Shown: piece after piece, positions 12,935 through 26,153 of the stretch | Numbering within the stretch: position 1 is the stretch's first letter | How the letters are laid out: each line of letters opens with the position of its first letter | Source of the DNA: Schizochytrium sp. TIO01 | Lineage: Eukaryota > Protista > Bigyra: Labyrinthulomycetes | Length of the DNA stretch: 64,000 nucleotides | Assembly: GCA_004764695.1 (NCBI GenBank) | Contig: SMSO01000034.1 | Coordinates: 558,001-622,000, forward strand | Direction of reading: 5' to 3' | Notes under the pieces: generated by a model | Told to the model about the DNA's origin: nothing | Databases searched by the model: none | What the model saw: only the letters and a program-made list of their open reading frames with translations | Program-made: the position numbers and the translations under genes

Positions 12935-15900
12935 TGCTAGTACCGCATGGACTGGCAGGACTGCAATACGATGCTCTCTGGAGGAGGCTGGTGAACCCGG
13001 ACCTGTTGACTTTGGGGCAGCGAGGTCGGTGGGTAGGAAGGAAGGCAGAGAGCCTCTCGGCCAGGCAGCCGGCCTGCACTGAGTCTGGCGGCGACATCGA
13101 ATGGAGCAAACGACGTCTTCTTCGAACGGTCCTCTACTTGTATCGCTTCTGGCTAAGAATATATATATATATTTTTATTTTTTTTCTTCTTCAAGTCAAT
13201 AAATTCTTTTATTGTTAGAAGATTTTGTTTCAAGAAGGTTAAACAGAATTGTATGGAGTATGTTCTGAAAAACAAAAGTCGCAGAAGAAAATGCGAAGAA
13301 CATAGGATGCCAGTCAAAGTAGATTTAGCGCTTGAAGGAGAGACATGAGAGTCTTCCTTCCTTTACCCACCACGAGTTTTATCGAACTGGCTACGGCAAG
13401 ATACTATTTGAGAGTATGCGAGTTATGATGGGTAGTAGAAGAAAAAATTAAACAAACAAACAAATGAATAAAAAATCGACAATGAATGATATGAAAGGTT
13501 TTATGATGCGCACAAACGTGTTGAGATTAAGATTGGAGCGGAGCCTGGAGGTAGAGGGTCATTTGGGGCTGCACGGAGCTTCCTGCCAACCAGAGCGCGG
13601 AAATTTAAGTGGAACAATAAAGCACGCCTCCGTCACCATTACTCCGGTCTCAACCTCTGCTCTGGTAGCCTTGTGAGCTTTCGCGAGGCTGCCATACTCA
13701 GGTTTTGCAAGAAAAAGTAGAAAAAACCAAGGAAGAGAAAGAAAAAAAGAAAGAAAGAAGAGCCCTAAACTACATGATGATGAGGTTGCTCTTGAGGATT
13801 TAGGTATCGAACTCACAAATGCCAAGCCTGGCCCAAACCCAACAGACTCTGCTTCAGCAGCCAACAAAGTTCCTTCCCAACGCCTGCATTCAAGCCCACG
13901 AAAGCTTACTGGAACAAGTTTGACTTTTTTGTTCTCAACAAAACAAACAGATTAAACAAAGAATTGTTTTATTATTATTAACTTGACAAGATAAAGAAGA
14001 AAAAAGTAATTAGTTCGGAGAATTGAATTTTATCAGGGATAATTTGACAGGTGTGGATTGAATGAGCAGGTAATAGCTATAAATATAGCTGTTTGAAATT
14101 AAACGGTTTTCTGACCAGTTTTATAGTAGTAGGTACAAACTAAGCCAAGTTATGGCGATAGTTTTAGTATATCCAAAGAGAGGAAGATTTTCTTTCCTTT
14201 TATCTTTTCTTTTGTAGGGGGGCGGCTTGTGTTCTTTGGATAAGTTATCCCTATCTCGTGTTTAAGAGTCATTTTCCAAGGATATATTGATGTTGCTGGC
14301 AGTTACTAACTTTGGTATCTTCCTACTGGTGCGTGCCTTTCCCTACGTGTAGCCCTTTCCAGTGCTTTCACGATCCAATACACGTGTTACTTTCATTTTT
14401 ATTTTTTTTACTTTCTGGAAAGGATACCTTTTGAGAGTAAATTTGAGAAGAAGTGGGCTCTGCTTCCAATCCATTAGATCGTTCTAGGCATGATTATTTA
14501 TAACTTGTGCTCTGTAGTATAACGAGTGCAGGTGGGGGGCACAGATAGGGAAGGAGTAAATCAAGTAAACTGTGAAGCGATGACATCATAAAGTAAGAGA
14601 AAATATCTCGCAAATGCATGACACTTTTGGCTTTTCAAGTCAGACGTCGTGAGTGCAAAATTGAGTTCCACTCGGCCGAAAGTAATACGAAAGTGCTTGG
14701 CTGTTTGGCTGTTTGCTACCTTCAACATAGAGCACGTTGCATCATTAAAATACTGTGACAGGCATGGCGAGTGGTTTCTAATCTAATTTCTGACTATTTT
14801 TGTTAGTATCAAGTACAACATTGTGAGTAAACAGTGTGTAGTCGCCCGTTCATGAAATCTTTGCAAATGTATTCAATGTATTATCTCACTTCTACCTTGA
14901 GCAAAAGTAACTGGAAAGATTCTGTCGCGTGCAACTGCCGAGTGAGTATTGAGAGCTAGGCACGTCTCGTTTGATACAAGAACATACATATTAAAGACAA
15001 GAAAATCTTAATCAAGCCCTTGGAGCGCAATGTCTTCTTTGCTTCATACTACTATCTCTTTAAACCTATCCTATTTGCGAGGAGTTAAGTCAAAGATTAG
15101 CTCTCTTCGCTGTGAAGCTCTGAGCGAAACTTGGGGAACACTCCGTCATGTGCATACTCAGACTCCTCATAAGCCAGTATTTCCCAACACAAGTAACAAT
15201 CTTTCCAATTGTATATTTGATGAGCATTACTCTTGCCTGCATTCATTCATTCATTTGACTATGGAATAACGTTATCCTACTTTGAGATGATCTGATCTGA
15301 CCCTTTCTGAGTATTTTAAAGAGCTCAAGCCCAACAAGGTAGGTACTCTACCTTTAGCTTATATGGATGATTCATCTCGAGAACGTGGGCTTCCTATTGT
15401 TTATATATATATTCTTCTATGGGAGAGGCAGAGCGGTGAACGTAGGTTCTTCCCAGTTGGGGCGAGGAAGCCAACGTTCTTACACAAGGCACCGAGCTGT
15501 TCAAGCTTTGCCACTGCCTCCAAAAGTGGGTCTTTCTTCATCTTCCTCAAGCAGCAAGGGCACATACATGTATTAGCTGAACAATGATTCATCTAAGAGA
15601 TAAGGTGAAGCCCCGTCGTGATAAACGGCAACAAAAATAGAGAGAGCTCCATGCGGCTGAGATTTGAATAGGCAGCCACAAACAGCGAGCGAAAAGAAGA
15701 TGGAGCATAATCTTGATTTTTTTTTTTCTTTTTTTTCTAAACTCTCTGCCGGTAGTACCCATCTAGCTTCTGGGGCACTACCGTGATGAGCATCACGCAG
15801 TTGCTTGCTTGTTGTGTCATTCAACCGTCAGACCACTTCATGTTGCTGTTGTTCCTCTGTTCGCACAACTAAGTTCTTCGGGGAGAGAAGCAATCAATGT

Positions 15901-18022
15901 TTTCTTTAACTCCTGCTTGGCGGGGCGTGATGTGGAGACTGGATGTATTGTATCTTCTTTACGCCGATATAGTGCAGCGATACCATTGATCAAGTAGGGT
16001 AATCGTGATCAACCTTCGAAGTAAGTGTCGCGACTTATAATTTGACTATTCGCAAGGCAAGCCAATCATCTCAAGACTGATGATCTTCGTGAAAGACAGC
16101 AATCGCTAGTAAAACGAAGATTCGTGTCTTTCAACTGATTTGTGAAAGACCATATGTCATTGTTAGTAGCGGTACATAGTAGAACAGACAGGCTGCGGCA
16201 GGATTTCGATAGTAGCTGATTTGCTTCTTCCTCGAATGTTGCCCATATGTCTGCACTGCTACTGGCTTAGTTATACCTCGATATCTTTCCTCTGAATCAT
16301 GTCTTGAGAAAGAGAATAGGTCCCTCCTAGTAGACTTGCATACATCATATAACTAACCAAACCATAGTTCTTCTATTCTTTACCATACACTCAAGCGATG
16401 GTAAACTCTCTAATTGAACATCGAAAGCTCAGGTAGACTACTTTTAGACTAAGACGAGAAAACACGGTTCTTTGCGAATCCAATTTGCTGTTCGGCGTTC
16501 AAGTTCCCCTTGCATCTGCATTGCGCTATCTGGCCACCCTCCATATCATCTGATGACGAATATCTAGGTGCTTGGCGCCAAACCAACATGTTCGCACAAG
16601 AGAAAGAGTGACGACGCTCTGTGGTGAACATGTTTTAATTCTCTGTGTGGTGATCCACCTTTCTTGGTTGATGTCGATTAGAGTGATGGTACGAGCATTT
16701 TGCACCTTCATCATGGGACATTGATAATTTGAAGCACCACAGAAGTTCTCAGCTTTTCAAGGCCATTCAATGCAGGCAAGACAATTGAAGGGGCTAGTCT
16801 TGTCCTCTTTTATCATGCGATTCGTTGTATTCCTTTAGATAAGGCCGACCCAGGGTTATGAATATAACTCTTTTCGGCCGCTTCCAGCTTACGATTCGTG
16901 AATAAACATTAAAATTATGAGCCACGTTGAGATGACAAGTTGGAACTGATCTGCTTTGTGGTATTGACTGCGTGAGAAAAGCAAGGAAATAGGCACTTAC
17001 TAAGAAGTTGCGAGTTTGTTCGTACTCTTTGCTGCCTTTATATGACAATTCTTTGGGACACGCACAATAAAGAGAATGAGTTCAGTTTTGCGAGTATGCA
17101 AATACGAAATGGGACTTATTTATAAAGGGATGATGTTCGTGGGTAGATGAGTTAGATGGAAAAAACATCATATATGAATTTAGAGACCGATACAATGCCT
17201 TGTCAATGTGCAGTGTTATGATACATTTTTCGCTTTCCTAAAGTGTCCTTCTTCTATGCTGAAGGCGTGTTTTCCTTGGGTACCTTGTTTTACTTTGTGC
17301 GAACACAAGAGATGAACTCGTCTTGTCGATCTGACGACACCCTGTGCGAGATTAAGGTGAGGAGAGAAACCATTATTTGTTGAGACTCCCTTTCCTGCTT
17401 TAAGTTTTATTTGTTGTAGCTTGTCGCAAACTTGTAAACTTGTGGTAGGTAGGCAATTGAGCAAAGGTAAGTCAAATAAATACAAGAGCAATCGCAACAA
17501 CTAAAGGAAAGGGAATTTGCAATACATTAAGAGAAGAGAAAGTACAGCATCGCGAGAGTGCAATAAGATTGTTGCGAATTCTATAATTTATCCACTAATA
17601 GAGATAAAAGGTAGGGTGAAATTAATTTTCCATACTTCATGACTAGCAATAAATAGCTGTTCTTCTCAAGTAGCCCAAATCACCATTTCTAGAACAAAGA
17701 AATTATAATTTGATCTCTCGGAAGCTTGTTTCCGTATTCTTCCCCCACCTATCAACCGCGCTGAGACCTATCAACAGCGCTGAGTACTGTTGTGCATCAC
17801 TGCCTCGACGAACCAGGTTGTTGCGAAAATTGCGATGCTGGCAGCAGTGATCGGTGGACAAAGTTGCCCCAGACATGCAACTGTCCACCTTGCTATTCCG
17901 AAATGTTGCATGTCATTTCGGTAGCTGACTCCTAACCCTTTCTTTTCCTCTGGTACACATTAAAAAAGAATTGAACAAATCACCTATGATTTATACAAAC
18001 GGGGTTAATATGTTGATAAAAT

Positions 18023-18415
18023 AAAAGAATAGAAAAGAAAAGAAAAGAAAAGAATAGAATAGAAAAGAATAGAAAAGAATAGAAAAGAATAGAAAAGAAT
18101 AGAAAAGAATAGAAAAGAATAGAAAAGAATAGAAAAGAATAGAAAAGAATAGAAAAGAATAGAAAAGAATAGAAAAGAATAGAAAAGAATAGAAAAGAAT
18201 AGAAAAGAATAGAAAAGAATAGAAAAGAATAGAAAAGAATAGAAAAGAATAGAAAAGAATAGAAAAGAATAGAAAAGAATAGAAAAGAATAGAAAAGAAT
18301 AGAAAAGAATAGAAAAGAACAGAAAAGAATAGAAAAGAATAGAAAAGAATAGAAAAGAATAGAATAGAATAAAAAAGAATAGAAAAGAGTAGAATAGAAT
18401 AGAATAGAATAAGAA
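18023..18415. repeat. (AGAAAAGAAT)n 10-bp satellite
   Basis: 30 near-perfect units at 18061-18360 (one variant) with degenerate pentamer flanks. Confidence 0.98.
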
Positions 18416-21168
18416 CCCTTGTTTATACTAAAATATAAAGAAATAATATAAAATCTATAGAAAGAACATCAATAAAAGAAAAGAGAGAGAGGAACACTCA
18501 CGGCAAAAAGCCATATAAAGCAATACTGACTTTTCAATCGCTAAAGGAAAGCGCTTTCTACCAAGAATGAAAGGAAATTGAAAGGGAGTTGAAAAGAGCT
18601 TGAAAAGAAAAAGCTGCAAATTGTGATGGCAAAGCAACTTAATGTCTCATTCTAGGGAAATTAAATAGCTCCTTGGGACTCTATGACCTCATTGCTTCAT
18701 CCGTGTGAGGCCTCAAAAGTTTAAAAGTCGTATAGATATTATAATTGATCTTGGTTAACTAATTTTAGCCTTTTGCCCAATTCATCTCTCAGAAAGGTAA
18801 ACCGTACGAAATGCGATAAAACTCCGGAGGCAAGATTCTCACTACCCCGATTATGCGACATTACAATAGATCTAACAATCGCTGCATTCCCATCAACTTC
18901 GTCTGCGAACGTCTCGCACCCCATTCCCATCATCATGTGCCGTCTTGTGGCTGGCTGCCAACACTCTTATTTAATTAAAAAACACAATGTATTAATAAAA
19001 ACAATGTATGTATAGTATGAGAGATGCCTTCGTGAAATAAGGTAGTTGACTCGAATCGTACTTAAACTGGAAAGAGTTGCTCCCTATTGAGTTCTCCATA
19101 TGTCGCTAAAAAAAGGTTGATCGCACAATTAATTAGCTCTGCGCGACGGTCCTCTGATGCGTGGGACTAGTTTTTCTTTCTATTTCCCCATTAAAAGCTT
19201 CCTACAGCTCCTCTTTAAAACTAGACCTTCTTCTTTTTTATTATTATTTTTTAATTTTAAATAAAATAAAAATAAATTAAACTCCACACAAGACCACCAA
19301 AAAACTATGTAGTCGCTCGTCATTATCGAGTTCTTTCAGAACACGCTCTGTTTCTTCGATCGCAGAGCGAAGTAGATATATCGAGAGGTACTGAAAGCAA
19401 GAAGAGTCGGCTTGGAAGCTTTGAGGCACCCCTAACAAGAGCGCAGGAACCGAGGCGAGGTAAGTTTCTTTTCAATTAAAAACTCGTAAACCAACCACAA
19501 CAGAAACATCTTGATCGAAAATCACTACAAAACAACGAAAACACTGCAAAAGAATGATTGCTCCAAGTAATGCAACAAAGCAAGCAAGCAAGCAAGCAAA
19601 AGCACCGGCGCCAAGAACATCTGCCAAACAATCCATCCTCGAGGCTCTCACTTGCATGGCTTCTGGCTCCGCCTCCTCCTGCACCTTCTTTGGTTTCCAA
19701 ATGCCGCCACGGACCTGAGTATCTACCTCCACCTCTCCGGGAGAGGCAGCGACGACGCTTGCTTTCTCTCGCCTTCATCGATGCATGTCTTTTGTTATTA
19801 TAATCAATAAAACCCGCACGTACTTTACCCGCTCTTGTTGGTTGGTCCTACCACCACCTCTGTCCAAGCTATCAAAGCACAGCTGTGCTCTCTGCGGAGA
19901 CCCTCTCGCTGTCCTTGAGCTCCCTGAAGCTGGTCGCGGTGACAGAGTAGGTAAGTAAGCACACAAGCAAGCACGCAAGCTCGAGCTTCACGTTCTCTGC
20001 CCGTTGCGAGTTTACATACTTGTAAGCCCGGCTTCGGGTTCCTCGCTTGAAGCTGCTTTGGTTTGCTTTGGTTTGCTTTGGTTTGCTTGCTTTGGTTTGC
20101 TTTGCTTGCTTTGCTTGTACTTGTGCACGTCGCTGTCAGTCTGTGTCTTCGTGGGCCTCGAATGCTGCTTAATTGCCAGAGTTTGAGGCAGGTACCTCCG
20201 TCAGTCAGCGAGTCGAGTCCAGTTGAGAATGGCAGAGACGATGCAGACGCGCCAAGCGACCAAGCGAGCGACTGCTTTTCTGTGGGATCTACGATCGCAG
20301 CAGAGCAGAGCACAGCAAAGCAAAGCGCAGCAAAGCAAAGCGCAGCAAAGCTCAGCGTGCGCGTTCAGGTTGCTCTAAGCTCCAGGACCAAGAGGAGGCA
20401 GAACCGCACGCACGTGAGGAAAGAAACCAGCACGGCTCTTCGAGCCCCGCGGGTCCGACTGCCGCGGCGAGTCAACCGCCAAGCGTGAATTCATGCATGC
20501 ATGCTTGCAATGCATGCTTCGAGCAGAGCTCTCTGTCCACCGGCGGCAGACCGGATAGCCTCCAGACAGCCTAGCACGGCGTGCAAGCCGACCTTTCGAA
20601 CGCCGTGGTGAACATAAATGCATTCATTCATTCATTCATTCATTCATACCGTCGATCAATAAACATGCTGCACGGTTGTCAGATAGATGGACAGCCACAT
20701 CTTGAATGTAACGCATCCCATGAAAAGGTCAAACGACGGTTGGTGTTTGTATTTATGTATGTATTTATGTATGTATGTATGTATGTATGTATGTACCTCT
20801 GAAAAATGAAAACCCCCCAATCTTAAACCCTCTTCAACAGAGGAGCTCAAACAAATAAACTTAAACAGACACGCTAAAACAAATAAACTGAAACAAATAA
20901 ACTGAAACAAATAAACGGATGCTTTCTTGAAGGCGCAGAAGCAAGGAAAGCCAGGTACCTTGAGAGCCTTCCTTGGGTCAGTCAGACAGATGCCCGGGCC
21001 CGTCCAACCACAAAGCGCTGCATCGCCGCTGTCTCATCACGATTCTCATTCTCCTGTTGCTTCATAACGAGCTGCCAAAGAGCCCAGTTGATTGGTCGGT
21101 CAGTCGAGTTGACTTGAGTTGACTTGGCTTTGACTTGAGCTGACTGGACTGTTGGCAAAGCTTTGCTC

Positions 21169-21375
21169 GCATTACATTGCATTACATTGCATTACATTGC
21201 ATTACATTGCATTACATTGCATTACATTGCATTACATTGCATTACATTGCATTACATTGCATTACATTGCATTACATTGCATTACATTGCATTACATTGC
21301 ATTACATTGCATTACATTGCATTACATTGCATTACATTACATTCAATTACATTACATTCAATTACATTACATTCA
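21169..21375. repeat. (GCATTACATT)n 10-bp satellite
   Basis: About 17 perfect units, then ATTAC/ATTCA variants. Confidence 0.98.
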
Positions 21376-22056
21376 AGACCGCACTTACTCACTCACGCAG
21401 TCATCAACAAACAACACATCGACAAGCGCCTTCGCAGCCTCGGCCAAGAACTCTGATTCACGGCCAGTTGGATCCAACAAAGGGCTCGCGCGGCCAGCAA
21501 GTTTTTGTACGCTAAGGGGTTGATAGTTTGCAGTTTCGGGGCTTCGCTATGTGGCTTTGTAGCTAGCTTTGTTGCGTTGGATGGAGCGCATGAAATGGCT
21601 TCGGGGAGCGGCTTGCCTAAACTCCATCCATCCATCCATCGATCTATTCTTCTATCTCACGTCGAACTCCGCGGCGTGGAGCCAATCGAATGACAGCCGT
21701 AGCGGCTCTCAAAGAGAGACGCGAGTGACGTGAATGACAAGCAAAACGCAGCAAGTGAGTGAGTGACACCCTTCTTCTGAACGCAGGTAACGCCAGCGAG
21801 TGAGTGAGTGAGTCAGACAGCAGTCCGTCGAGCGAGCGAACAGCCTTCGTAGCGGTCCCCTGGTGGACGACTGCTTCCGCTTCCTTTCCCCTTCCTTCAA
21901 TATGTATTGGATTGCATCGCATTGGATTGCATTGCATTGCTTTTTTTGCTGAGGTCAGTGAGCGCAAGCCACGATAAAGTAATTTTCAGACGGAGGCAGA
22001 GCAGTTTGGTCATCGTGGCTTTTGAAGAAGATGGGTCCATCAGACGCAAGCGACCA

Positions 22057-22221
22057 TGAATGAATGAAAGAATGAAAGAATTTGAAGGAATGGAAGAATA
22101 TGAAGGAATGAAAGAATATGAAAGAATGAAAGAATATGAAGGAATGAAAGATTGAAAGAATGAAAGAATATGAAAGAATGAAAGAATGAAGGAATGAAAG
22201 AATATGAAGGAATGAAAGAAT
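22057..22221. repeat. Compound purine-rich GAAT/GAAAGAATAT/GAAGGAAT array
   Basis: Directly visible degenerate array. Confidence 0.9.
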
Positions 22222-23393
22222 GGATCAATTAGTGCTCAGCTCTCAGTTAGGCAGGTACCTACCTCCTTCTTGTACCAATGCCGGGTATCTGCAGCTCGAA
22301 TTCGTAAACCAGGCTCGCGGAGGCGGGGCAAGGAGCCTCGAAGGAAAGAAACCAGCCCCTTCGCCGCCTGCACTATGATCACGTCCTCATGGAGACTCCA
22401 AGAGCCGCCCGGGACCTTGAGCGCGCGCCTCTGTACTTTCCTCGCCTCCAACTTGGACCAGGTCGGCATTTCTTCACTTCTCAAGTCCCAGAGTTGCGAA
22501 GAATGTTAAACATATGATGTGCTCGCTATATATATATGTATAAATAAATGTTTTATAATTATTAATAAAACTTTTAAGTTTGAATTAAAATCAACAGCGA
22601 ATTGTATCGCAATGCATTTGAGAGAGAAAAGAATTTTTTTTTGTAGTTGGTGGCAGTTTTTTTTCTATCTTTTTAATTTTTTCGCTCTTTTCAATTTCGA
22701 TTTCGAACTTTCTTGCGTTTCATTTCATTATTCGATGTCCATATTATTAAAAAGTAAGTCGTAAGCAGCAACTTTTAATTTAATTTTATTAAAATAAATA
22801 AATTATCATCTTCCTCCTCTTCTGACACTTGTTGATACTTTGTATTAGGAGAAAGAAAGAGGCTGATTTCAATAGTTATGCTATGGACGGGAGTTTATTA
22901 CTCGATCACGTGGAAGAGAGCCTTACTGCTTTCCTCTTGCGAATGAACGAATCAATGAATGAACGAGTGAACTATTTTGCTTTCTAAGACTCTCTAACGA
23001 GCTCGAATCGATTACTTTTTTTAACCTACCTTTCTTTTAATTAACAACTTAATTGCACAATGCACATAATAGGGAGAGAACACCCTTTTCGCCGCATTCT
23101 TTCTATTAGCACGTTATACCTCTACTGTGAAAGAGGAGGAAACTAACTAACTAACTAACTAACTAGCCCAAGAGACGAGCGTGATCGCTTGAAAGACGAT
23201 CCCAGTGCTCGCGCGAGAGGGAATAACCAGCAACGGAAGCTTCGTTTCCCGAAGTGCAGCGCAGCGCAGAGCAGAGCAGAGCAAAACAAAGCAAAGCAAA
23301 GCGAAGAGCCCGTTTCGTGAAACACGTCTCTAAGCGAGAGCGGCCTCAATCAGCTCAAACCAACTGATTCTCTCTTAGTTATTCCATCGTTTT

Positions 23394-23520
23394 GCTAACT
23401 TAACTTGCTAAGTCGTTGCTAAAATTACTAAATCTTTGCCAAAATGCTAAATTGTACATTGTCGCTAAATCTTCGCTAAATCTTCGCTAAATCTTCGCTA
23501 AATCTTCGCTAAATTGCTCA
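23394..23520. repeat. 11-bp (CGCTAAATCTT)n minisatellite with degenerate GCTAA units upstream
   Basis: Four perfect units plus a partial one at 23463-23514. Confidence 0.9.
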
Positions 23521-23963
23521 CGTGAAGGATTATATTATAAAAGCGGTTCTGTTCCCGTTATTCCGCACGACATGTGCGACAGTTCATTCGTGTTTGTTCG
23601 CTGCCTTCGAATTGACTCACGAATTCCTCGCCTCCCTCCCGCCCGAGCACTGAAGAAGTCTGTCTGTGTACGCCAGGAATCCTGCACTTTGGGGAGTCCG
23701 CGAAGGCTTCGTCGGCTCCCTTCGCGAGCTTTCTCTGTACGCGGTGGTGGGGTGGTGGGCGATCCTTGTATTGGCGAGAAACAAACCGCGCACTTGAGCT
23801 ACGAAAGATCCATCCATCCATCCATCCATATCCATCCTCGTTACCGTTACGAATTTCCTTTCGCCATCGTTGCGGATTTCGATCCCACTCTTCGCTCTGC
23901 AAGATCAAGTCTGGTCTAAAACGCAGCTTCAGCCGCCGTCGTCCAGCACGTACCGAGAAGCGT

Positions 23964-24047
23964 AAGCAAGCAATCAATCAATCAAGAAAGCAATCAAGAA
24001 AGCAATCAAGAAAGCAATCAAGAAAGCAATCAAGAAAGCAAACAAAC
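23964..24047. repeat. 12-bp (AAGCAATCAAGA)n minisatellite
   Basis: Four to five units, flanked by AAGC/AATC/AAAC tetramers. Confidence 0.9.
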
Positions 24048-24880
24048 AGCCGCCTCAGCGCGCGACGAGAGAGGAAACCAACCTTGAAACAAAACGCGCG
24101 CGTACCAAGCTTTCGCAAACCTCTGCTGTAAAAAACAGGCTCCCGGCGCGCCTAGCACTACCCTACCCCACAGTAGGAGTCGGCGGGCCTCGCTAAAGGC
24201 TTTCAAGAAAGAGGGCACTTTGAAGGAAGGAAAGGAAAGCAGAGCAGAGCAATGCAAAGCAGATCAAAGCGATGTAAATAAAATATACACCCGATCGATA
24301 AGACTGTATCCGATCCGCACATACCATTCGTGGTCATCAGTATATCTCTTCTTGTTTTTGCTTTCCTCCGTCTCTCCTTGCGTGCGGGTCGGTTGGCTTC
24401 GCGATGGATGGGCGGAGCGCCGCCGCGATTTCCCGAGTCGCTTTGAGCGCCCTACAATACGATCACAGGAACACAGGGTGCCCCATGAAAGACAGGCAGG
24501 CCTTTCATCCCGCTTTCTGTTAAACAGCATCCGCCTAGGCGGCGCTAGTGTCCCGCTAGCGCTATTTCTTTTTAAAGATTAGTTTTCATTGTCGCGAGGA
24601 TCTACTATCTATCTCGAGGCTTTTCATTATTTTTTTATTTTAAATTGATTGTTTGTTCGATTTGCCTCGCTCAACTTGTTTTTCTTCAAGACGAAACCAA
24701 TCTTTGGTCTTTGGAGAAAGCAGCGGCGTTGCCTTCTTTCTTGCGGTTGCACGCTCCTTCGAAGTGGCCGGGCGAGACACGCAAAGTGGAGACGAACAAC
24801 GCATACTCTGTCGTCGCGAAAAAGCTGCACCGGCGAGGAAGCAGTGGCGCTGGCGCAGGCTGGATCACGATGGAAGGCAC

Positions 24881-24931
<51 letters not shown>

Positions 24932-24932
24932 A
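24881..24932. repeat. (AGAA)n microsatellite
   Basis: Directly visible. Confidence 0.95.
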
Positions 24933-25577
24933 AAAAAGTAAGTAGTAGCACTCGAGAGCCTGAAAGATACTGGAGAGTTTGGAGTTTTCCTTCAAACTCT
25001 GAGGTAAATGCTAATCATAATAAATGAAAACATGACTTTCAAGCTTGATCGCACAACGTGACTTGAAGAGAATCTTCATCGCGAATGGGCTTTCGAAGAA
25101 GTGAGCGATAAGAAGCCGCGCCCTCAATCTGAACAGTTAGTTCTTGCTCTAGAGCCAAGACGAAGAAGACGAAAAAGACGAAATAGATGGAAAAGAGATG
25201 GAAAAGATGGAAAAGATGGAAAAGATTAAAAGAGAAGCACCCTCCACAGCTGGTGGTTCCCGCCACTCCCTCACATGGGGCTAATAACTTCGCCGCTGTG
25301 GATATTATATTGCTCTGGGATGGCGCACTGTGGTAGGAGTAAACACTCTTCGGTACTCATTCAGCAAGCCAGCCAGCCCCCCCTCGGGCCGGACGCGAAC
25401 CGGAAAACGCGGTCCAGGCGTCGATGGCTGTTCAGCTTTGTGAGTGAGCGAAGAAGTGGCGAAAAGCCGTCTCGTTAGTTGCTCCATCTGCAGGTGCTAA
25501 TCGTTCGTCGTTCGTTCGTTTGTTTGGCTGATTGATTCATTGATTGATTATTGATTATTGATTGATTAGTTGACCAG

Positions 25578-26153
<576 letters not shown>

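Noticed and set aside
13500-13720. Frame containing GGRGSFG, reminiscent of a kinase Gly-rich loop
   Set aside because: No start codon and no downstream kinase motifs before the stop; likely chance.
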